Source: Utricularia gibba
Taxonomy: Eukaryota > Plantae > Magnoliophyta
Direction of reading: 5' to 3'
Length of the DNA: 64,000 nucleotides
Assembly: GCA_002189035.1 (NCBI GenBank)
Contig: CM007990.1
Location: 5,952,001-6,016,000 of the forward strand
In this document: one piece after another, positions 50,216 through 59,242 of the stretch
Layout of the letters: the number at the start of each line of letters is the position of its first letter
Position numbering within the stretch: the first letter of the stretch is position 1
Position numbers and translations under genes: made by a program
The notes under the pieces: model-generated
Database searches by the model: none
Told to the model about the DNA's origin: nothing
The model's input: only the letters and a program-made list of their open reading frames with translations

Positions 50216-51836
50216 TAATCCTAGAAACTAACCGAGTTTCGCTTGCGGCGTAAGCGGCATTTACACGAACACCTTGTGCTCAAATTTGTTTTCTGGGAAA
50301 ATGTACACTTTCTAGCATCCCAATACCTAGACCCAGATAGACATCAGTGATGAGGTCTCTGCAATTGGTAACTGAAATCATGGGTTTTCTGTTCAATCGA
50401 CCGGAACCACTCAATCGTGTAGATGATTCAGCCCGCACTCTGCGTAGTTCAATACCTGTACCTCGCTGTTACAGAACCCATATCATCCCATCCCGCACTA
50501 TCATGGAATAAATGAGAGCCTCTGCGTTCGTTGCGTTTGGACTCTGGCCTGCACCGTGAAGCTGAAGCTCTGACGTGAGAGCTTTGGCATGACTGCATCG
50601 TTACGCTAAACGAAGGTTTAACCACCTCCACCCACCACCTTCCAATTACATCTCACTGATTGGACTACATTAAAAATCACACGTGCATCCTTCATTATTC
50701 CATATTTTGATTCTCAATTTTTTATGTCCCTGTAGCAATATTCTTTCCAAAAAAACCCTCGTTCTACTTAATTCTCCAATGTCTTTGATCATTTGTATTT
50801 AAATAAATACGTATTATTTAATATCACGCTATATTTAATATAAATAAAAAAGTTAATCAAAGTATGTTTGATTTAAAAAAATATTTTTTTTGAAAAAACA
50901 TCATTTTAAGAATTGCATAAATGTTTAAAAATCATGCGTGCAATGGATAACATTCTTACAAACAAATTTAGGTTCCATTCGAGAACTTTGTAGAAAACAA
51001 TTACACGAAGAACAAACATAGATGACTTCTATTTAAAAAAATTAAAAATACTCAATTCTTACTTTGTTAGAATATTTATCAAAGATTTTTTTTTAAGAAA
51101 AAGAATAATTGCATTCCTTTTACTAATCATCACTCTTTATGCGGCAAAATATGTCCGTACAGAAGGCGACGAAGGCTGATGGGCCTTAATGCGTAAAAAC
51201 ATGCGAACGGGCTAGACACTGGTAGGCTGAACTAAATTGGGCTTTCATACGTAAAATGCCTGAGCCCAAGTTCACTTTTGGGGCCTGGCCCAAATATTTA
51301 TGGTGGGTCCGCTTCACAAATTACAATTAATTATTATTTTTGGCTCTCTGTCTCTGTCCCTGTCCCTGTCCCTGGCCCCATTGAGTGACCTAATTTGTTT
51401 TGTCGAATGCCATGTTCCATTAAAAGAATGCAAATTCTCATCAATTCAAAATGCACTTGAGATTTCATAAACTGATCCGTTACACGAAAATGTTAATCTT
51501 GATCAAACCTGATACAGCAGAGGCTAAAGAGGTACCCTTGCGACTTGCGAAGGCATGGGAATGATCCCATGACAACAAGGATTTTCGTTAGTATGAAACC
51601 TGTATCTCTGATTTGGTGATCCCGCAATCATAACAACAAACTTGTGTTTATTGGGAACGCAGGAGAAAATGCTGGCAGAATGACGTCCATCGCTCCTGGG
51701 CTGCTTAAGTTTTGGAATCTATACCAACTGATGGATATTATGTTGGAGGAAAAGGATGAGAACAATGTGAAGGTTTCAAAGCTCTGTTCTTGAAACTTTT
51801 ATTCCAGAATATTTAAAACTTGCAGTAGCATGACAG

Positions 51837-52088
51837 TGAAGAAGTTCATACGTGTACAGAGCAAAGAGCACAACATAGGGAAACACTATTCATTGCCGCA
51901 AAAGAGGGAAAAAATTATAGTATTACATGAGATTAGTTCTATTTATATCTAAGGGTTCACGATACAAAAAATGGCTCAATTAATAAAGTCCATGGCTTCA
52001 TTTTTTCACCACAGAACCAACAGCATCCTTCACCGTAGATAGCTGCGGGTCTTGTTTACTTGACGACACCTCAAGGCGACGTTCAACA
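51837..52088 (-). repeat. 3' LTR (252 bp)
   Basis: Matches 55393-55639 with 7 substitutions, a 1-bp and a 6-bp indel; TATAAATA on the minus strand at 51947-51940. Confidence 0.96.
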
Positions 52089-52089
52089 G

Positions 52090-52096
52090 CCTCCTT
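52090..52096 (-). other. Short polypurine tract (AAGGAGG) before the 3' LTR
   Basis: Purine run immediately upstream of the 3' LTR on the element's coding strand. Confidence 0.6.
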
Positions 52097-55000
52097 GTCG
52101 ACTGAGGAGGTGAGGCTACAGAGGTCTGCTTCCTCTTTTACTCCAATTTGCTTTCTCAATCTTTCAAACTCAATCCTTCCAAGTGGTTTGGTAAGAATAT
52201 CTGCAAGCTGTTCCTTGGATTGGGTATATACCAAAGTGACGAATTTTGCTTTTACACCATGTCTGATGATATGAAACTTCACTTGCACGTGTTTAGCCTT
52301 GCTGAATTGACATGATTTGTTGGCTATCTGAATTGCAGACTGGATATCAATATGTAAGGGCGTCGCTTCTGTCTATGGAAATCCAATATCTTCCAGAAGT
52401 TGATGAAGCCATAAACACTGATTCGAGGCCAAAGATGCTGAAATGTACTCAACCTCAGTAGTGGATTGCGCAACAACATATTGTTTTTTTGTACACCAAG
52501 AAAATGGGATTTCATTGAGGTAAATAATATAAACCGATGTGCTCCTTGCATCTTGACTTCCTGCAAAGTCACTGTCAGTATATGCTCTGAGTCGTGGATA
52601 GGTTCCTTCATAGTATTGGTAGAAGATGCCAAAATCTGCTGTTCTTTTGATGTACCTCAGAACTCTTCGAGCATAATTTAGATGATTTGTTCTCAGATTC
52701 TTCATATATCTAAACAGGACATTAACACAATAGCATATGTCTGGCCTAGTTTGAGATAGAAAATTTAGGCTCCCAATTAGGCTTCGATATAGACTAGGAT
52801 CAGCTAACGGCTCACTCTCATCCATTGTTACTGTTTTCTTTGCTTCCATCGATGTTCTGCAACTGTTAGCATCAGTCATGCCAAATTTCATCACTAGCTC
52901 AAGTGCATATTTTTTTTGACTCAAAAAAATGCCGGTGTTCTTGGTCTGATGAACCTCTATACCGAGATAATAATGCATATGTCCCAAATTTGTCATTTTG
53001 AACTCAGTCTTGATTTTTTCCTTGAATTCACAAATCAATTTTGTATTGTTGAAGGTGATCAGCAGATCATCAACATAAATACTCACTAACAGTTTTTCAT
53101 CCCCATCAATTTTGTGATATAGAGTTTGCTCTCCAGATGCTGGAATCAATCCATGTGACTCGAAAAAAATATTTATGCACTCATTTCAAGCCCTTGGGGC
53201 TTGTTTCAAACCATACAATGCCTTTTTTAACTTCAAGACTTTATGTTCTTGTCCAGGTTTAATATAGCCTTCAGGTTGTTGACAATATATATCTTCTGTA
53301 ATGATTCCATTCAAGAATGCGGTCTTTACGTCCATGTGATGAACCTCCCAGTTTTGACTTGCCGTGATAGCAAGAAGGAGTTTAATAGTCTCTAAGCGGG
53401 TAATAGGAGCAAATATTTCATGGTAATTTACACCAGCTATTTGATGTGGAATACCTTCATTGCATCATAGATCCGTGAAGGCTTTGGAGGTATACTCACC
53501 TCCATTATCAGATGGAAGCACTTTGATTTTCTTCTCACTTTGTTTTTCTGCCATGGCTTTAAGGAGTTTAAACTTGGTGATGGTTTCAGACTTTGATTGC
53601 AGAAAAAAAATCCAGCAGTATTTCGAAAAATCATCAATAAAAGTCAATAGATACTTACTACCATTCAATGAAGCTTCCTTGAATGGACCACATAAATCGG
53701 TATGAATCAACTCAAGTTTAGTAGTGCTGACTGTGTTGCTGATCCGGTATGACTTACGTACTGCTTTGCCTTTTTGACACGTATGACAACAAAAATCAGC
53801 AAATTTGATATCCTTTAATTCACTGATAATTCCATTTTGTTGCATGATCTTCATGTTGTTTATGCTGTAGTGTCCCGGACGTTTATACCATAACCGTGAG
53901 TCTTCTGAGACTAAAGAAGCTAGAATTAGAGGCTCCGGGAATCTCAATTTGTACAAGTTGTTGTGTAAGCACATGGCCACCATAGATTGAAGTTTGTTCG
54001 GACTTGTAATCATAACTCCTTCTTTTTTCAGTTGTAGATTGAATCCTTGACGTTGGAGTTGACCCATGCTGAGGAGATTTTGCACAATTTCATGTGCATA
54101 ACACACATTTTCGATAATGAAGAACCCGGTTTGAGCAGGTAGTCTAATAGTCCCTTTACCTAGAATCTTGATGGCATGTCCGGTTGATCCCCATACATTA
54201 CTATGAACAACTTCAGTTATGGACATGAAGTATTTTAAATCTGCACACACATGACAAGTGGCTCCACTATCCACGTACCATCCCTTTTGTGGTGGATCTA
54301 TTCTGGACATAAGAACGAATTTAGCATCATCAACATCTAGGAGAGATTTCTTTTGAACCTTCAAAATAGGTGAGTGCTGCGGATTGATCTTGTCCTGTGT
54401 TCTTATCTGACTTTGTTGTTTCGTTCTTAGTTGCTGTCTTTGTGGGACAGACTTTCTCGACGTGTCCTTTGGCCTTGCAATGACTGCATTTAGCATCAGG
54501 GTGATATCAGCATAGCTCTGACTTATGAAATGGTTTCTTGCAATGCATCAGTGTGATTATCTCTGTCACAATAACTGCATTTTCTTGCTGTGAGTGTGGA
54601 TGAGTTACTTGCAGATCCTTTTCTTGTATTCTCGGATGCCGTATTTCCTTTTGTAAACAGCACAGATTCAACTTGGATATTGGAACTTCTTTTTTCATGA
54701 AGTTGCATGCGCTTCTCAGAGGACTGCAATTCGCCGATAAATTCAGAGAAAGTCATCTCTTCTTCATGCCCTGTAATCTTTCTGATTTTTTCTTCAAGTT
54801 CTATGGCACATAACTTAGCTTCAAAATGCTCTGGTAGACTCATCATGGCCTTCTCAATGACCTTGGAATCTGGAAGGTCTTCTCATAGCGCGCGAATCTC
54901 ATTAACGAGCTTGGATGTTCTGTCGGCGTACTGCTTGAGAGTCTCATGATCTCCCATCTTGTTTTGTTCGAATTCTTCCATTAAGCTTCGTATGTTGTAT

Positions 55001-55380
55001 TTTTTCATTTTGTCTCCACCTCCATATATCTCTTGTAACTTGTCCCATATCTGTTTGGGAGTACTGCATGTAGCTATTTTGTCAAAAACATCTTCAAATA
55101 GGGTAGCATGAAGAATAGTAACAGCAGCATACTTTGAGTCCTCAAACTGCTCGAACAACTTGAACTCGACATCTGTAGGCTCTTTGGGTAAGATGGGTGC
55201 AATGGGTTCTTTGATAACCATTGACCAAAGATGTTTTAGTTTAAGGTAAAGTGTTATCTTGAGAACCCATTAAGGATAGCTGCTACCAACAAATATTGGC
55301 AGCGTGAGTGCACCAATGGGATTCATGATAGCTACAACACCATTAAGATTGAAGCTTGAGCATAAGAATGGAAGACTGAA

Positions 55381-55392
55381 GCTCTGATACTA
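55381..55392 (-). other. Primer-binding site for tRNA-iMet
   Basis: TAGTATCAGAGC directly after the 5' LTR, one mismatch to the canonical TGGTATCAGAGC. Confidence 0.85.
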
Positions 55393-55639
55393 TGAAGAAG
55401 TTCATACGTGTACAGAGCAAAGAGCACAACATAGGGAAACACTATTCATTGCCGCAAAAGAGGGAAAAAATTATAGTATTACATGAGATAAATTCTATTT
55501 ATATCTAAGGGTTAATGATAACAAAAAACGGCTCAATTAATAAAGCCCATGGCTTCATTTTTTCACCACAGCAGCATCCTTCACCGTAGATAGCTGCGGG
55601 TCTTGCTTACTTGACGACACCTCAAGGCGACGTTCAACA
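55393..55639 (-). repeat. 5' LTR (247 bp)
   Basis: Adjacent to the PBS and upstream of gag. Confidence 0.96.
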
Positions 55640-55688
55640 TACAGCAGGCTCATTTTACAAGTCAAGGTGTTGTTCATCATACAACAGA

Positions 55689-56776
55689 TTATGCAGAAGG
55701 CAGTAGTAGCACGGGATCTCTTCTTCCAGCCAGATCAGGGAGTACGAAGCCAAGGATAGGAGCAACCACCGCTACTATCGTCGACATCGAACTATAACAA
55801 CTTGCTGCGGAATCAAACATGACAAAGTAAGTTTTTACAGAAGCCATACGTGCGATTCAACTATAAAGTAAGCCAAGATACGCATACGGAGTGACGATGG
55901 CGGTGGCAGTGGCAGTGGCAGTGGCGATGGCGGTGGCGGTTGCGGTTGCGGTGCTTGCCCATGGGTGAAAGGTGGAATGGGGGACGGATGTCGGGTTTGG
56001 GGGATGATGCTGGTGAACCCATAAAATTGTTTATAGCTTGTGAAATCTGCTCTTCGTCATAGAATTTGTAAGTCCCGAATATTAACACGCAGTAGGGAGC
56101 TAAAATGGCCCCGGCAGATTTTCCGGTGTTGTAGCAGCTTGCTCTCGCTTCAATGGCGGTGTCCAAGCACTGTGTGCAGTCATCAGTAGAGAGATCAGGC
56201 ATGCACTGAGCCACGGCGTAAATCGGAGGAACGGCGATGTCGTCCCATGTGATTTCCATCACTGATGCTTTCATGATGTGCGTACCAGCTGAGGCATTTT
56301 CGGCTAAACTTCTTAGTGCTGTATCCAGACTTTCCCCTGCTTCGGGAAGGCTCGGGCCAGCCCCTTCAAAAGTCTCGCAGCGTAGCGTATCATGGAGAGT
56401 GTCGAGCCATGATATGGTTAAGTTTGAGATTCGTAACATGCACCCCTCCGCCAGTTAACCGCGTTCTCTGAATAAGGGCAAGTCTGGTTTGCATCCGCCG
56501 CCGCGTCGGCGATGCATTGCCCACAATCCTGCAACCGCACGTCTGCACGGCAGAGTGCGGCGACGTCAACGAAGTCGGTGTCTGTGCCTTGCGTGGTGGA
56601 GTTGAATCCATATTCAGGCATGATGCGTACTCGTCCGCGCCACAGTAATGGTCAATCTCTTGAGCAAACATGGCAGTGATGGTGGTGCCGTGGAGGCTCA
56701 TCAAACCCAAATCCAACAGCATCTGTAAGATGATGAAATGGCGCAGCAACTGTCCACGAGACATCCCCATTCCCAT
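55689..56776 (-). pseudogene. Kinase-less DUF26/Gnk2 cysteine-rich membrane protein, disrupted
   Basis: Signal peptide and two C-X8-C-X2-C motifs (CRADVRLQDCGQC, CMPDLSTDDCTQC) in three frames. One shift is at a G4 run (56443-46); one near 56620 has an apparent deletion. Possible TM exon at about 55805-55689. Confidence 0.7.
55892..55955 (-). repeat. Degenerate hexamer repeat (CCGCAA/CCGCCA/CTGCCA)
   Basis: About 10 units; read as HRNRNRHRHRHCHCHCHRHRH in the ORF track. Confidence 0.8.
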
Positions 56777-56839
56777 TCCAGCCAGGACTGAATAATTTCG
56801 ATGTTCAGACAGGAGCATGTGTAATGAATATTAAATAAA

Positions 56840-57577
56840 CAAATTGGGTCTCCGCGAAGACCCGAGTCTCCTCCCCGAAGACTTGCTGCATTAAGGCCCC
56901 CTTGGCAACCGTTCCCTAAATGATGAAAAAGGGTTAACTGTCTTCCTTTGTTTTGAGAACTGTACTCCCTAAATAAGATCTGGGGCAAATCACCCTTCTT
57001 GGATTGGTTTCAGAATGTGTTGGAAACTTGTGATGTGCTTAGTTTGACACACACAACACCAAAATGGTATGTGTTCATTGGAAACGCGATGGCAAATGGC
57101 GTCGCTTCTGGGCTCTTCAGTAAGATGGGATCTCTTTCTCTAGGATGCGTCCCCATTTCATAGAAGCACAGACACTGATATTGAAGTATTTCACTCATTC
57201 TCACGCCAATGATTCAACCATCCAGATCATTAAGACAAAGAGTGGACTTGTGTCTGTGACACTTGTCCTCCACATTTACGATTTTTACAAATGGATTTCT
57301 CGTCGCCACTATTCATCAAACTGCATGATTGTGTGGTTGTGGTTGATGCAATTGATCTCCAACAACATCACGAATTCCAATGCGTTGGCAATGCACTTGA
57401 TAGGCTAATGATGCATGCATAAGAGAAGAACCCTGAGATCGGATCGGAGCATGCGTTTCGATCATTAATACACAAGACGACATCTGAACGAACTAACTTC
57501 GCCTGCATTACTTACTCTTCATCAATGCTGCTGCAAATTGAGTCTACGCGAAGACTTGAGTCTCCCCGACGACTTGC
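56840..57577. promoter_or_regulatory. Two copies of a ~45-bp motif in the bidirectional promoter of the DUF26 pair (56840-56886 and 57534-57577)
   Basis: 39 of 44 aligned positions are identical (one 3-bp gap). Each copy has two RGTCT-spacer-(A/C)GACY half-site pairs. The regulatory role is inferred. Confidence 0.55.
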
Positions 57578-57654
57578 AGATGGTGCCACTCGTCACAACC
57601 ACGATCACAGCCTTGGGGCAATCAAGTATCCTTGAAATTTTACTGGTTTGAGAT

Positions 57655-58821
57655 ATGGGGTTTCAAAAGTGGCTGCTTTTCATTTTCCTGCTTGAGTTTA
57701 TGAATCCCTTTCTCCATTTCCATGGCGTTTCTGTGTTTGCTCAAGCACAAGATCAAATTCAACCTCCTGACGTACGCTCCTGTAGCCAAGAGCTGTCCTC
57801 TGGTTTCCCCGGATTCAATAGCCAAGTGTACAATATCAACCTTTATACCTGTTTATCTACCATCTCTTCAAATATCAATGATACCGGATCCTACTCCTTG
57901 GGCGAGGGCGCAAACAGCGTTAATGTCGTAGCGCACTGCCCAGCTGACGTGCAATTGGAAGAATGTCGAAGGTGCATTGTTTCAGCATCTGGCAATATCA
58001 TCGATTTTTGTCATTACAGCACACGGGCGTTTTTGTGGAGGGGATCATGTATTCTGCGAGTTTCAAATCCATTGTATGCACTGCCTGATGAGATGGATCC
58101 TCCGGATGGGTGTAACCGGGCTTCCATAGTTGCAAATGCATTCTACCCGGTTGTAGATGTTCTACTGACTCGTCTGGTTGATGAGGCCGCCTCAGGGGTG
58201 CAGCAGATGAAGGTAGCAGCGGGTAGCCAACAATATAATGGACTAGACAGCGTTTACGCATTAGTTCAATGCGCATCGGATGTCCCTACTGATGTCTGCA
58301 AAACATGCTTGCAATCGGCAAAGCTTAACACTGAATCAAATTGTGGAAAGAAAGCTGCCCCTGGGGAATCTATGTTGCTCGGAACTGCATTCTAAGATTC
58401 GAGATCTTCCCTTTCTTTAATTCGACCAGACTTCACGAACTTGACAACAAGCATAGCGTGCCTTCCCCATCACCTGGAGAAGAAGGGGATGCTCATAAAG
58501 AGGGATCCTCCATCGCCCCATCACCTGGAGCTCCATCGCGTGCAGAAAGGAAAGCTGGACCGAAGGAATTCCCCGTCTCCCCAACCCCATTCTCGCCACC
58601 AACCGGTAGGTTTGAGTTGTAGATAAATGGGTCTGCTGTTTGTAATAACATTTTGTGTCGTTTTTCATTCCGTAGGTATATCGACTTGGAAGATTGTAGC
58701 CATGGTGGTTGCGTCCTCGCTTGTTTTGTTGGCTTCTGTAGTGGGTGGCATCAGGCTGCAGTTGTGTGAGAATATGGTGCAGCCGAACGGTGGTGGATGC
58801 AGATGTGGGAGAATATGTTGA
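57655..58821 (+). CDS. Kinase-less DUF26/Gnk2 membrane protein (2x DUF26, Pro/Ser linker, TM, short Cys tail); 1-nt frameshift at 58363-66
   Basis: Signal peptide, CPADVQLEECRRC and CASDVPTDVCKTC. Adding one G gives GGIYVARNCILRFEIFPF. After the intron, GISTWKIVAMVVASSLVLLASVVGG (TM) then ...CRCGRIC stop. Confidence 0.8.
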
Positions 58822-59242
58822 AGAAGCTGATCCTGTGAATGCGCCTACCTAACAAGCTTCATCCTCCGCCACTTCCCCCTGTTTTTGCAGAACATTTTCA
58901 GGTTTTCAAGTTCGTTGCTGTTTCCAATTGTGGGTTGCTGTCAGATTCCTCCGTTGGAATTCAGATTTATTATGTACATTTGATTCTATTTGCTCACACA
59001 TTTGTGTATGATTTTTCACCTGGAATGGCAGTTTTCCAGATGCTCGTACAAATGCCGTACTCCCCTTCCACACCCAAAATGAAGGTGAATACAAAGTTCA
59101 CCTTCTTGCTTTGGGATGCATCCTCTGTGCGTGCTTAATTGCCACAAGCTTCATTCTTGTTGCCTCTGAATGCTCACTGGATACAAAGATAGCTGGCCCA
59201 TGTGCATGAAAATGGACGAGAGAGAATACAGCGTTTTCAGTT

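Larger units (their letters stand above)
51837..55639 (-). mobile_element. Ty1/copia LTR retrotransposon, internally deleted and degenerate (3803 bp)
   Basis: Paired TG...CA LTRs and TSD GACAG/TACAG. Domain order is gag, protease (WYVDSGAT), integrase (HTDLCGP..FIDDFS..SDNGGEY), RT (MDVKTAFLNG, YVDD), RNase H (YTDSDFAG, QLADILTK). Premature stops and frameshifts are present. Confidence 0.96.

Noticed and set aside
38183-51836. Search of intergenic gaps for DVL/RTFL, CLE or IDA peptide genes suggested by recalled Arabidopsis synteny
   Set aside because: No YIIRRCVxML, RxVPxGPxPxH or PIPPSAPSKRH motif was found by eye. A tBLASTn search would be decisive.
54161-54172. AGAATCTTGATG matching the start of miR172
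   Set aside because: It is only 12 nt, inside copia coding sequence, with no hairpin.
57145-57408. 87-aa ORF between the DUF26 genes
   Set aside because: No recognisable domain; the length is within chance expectation.
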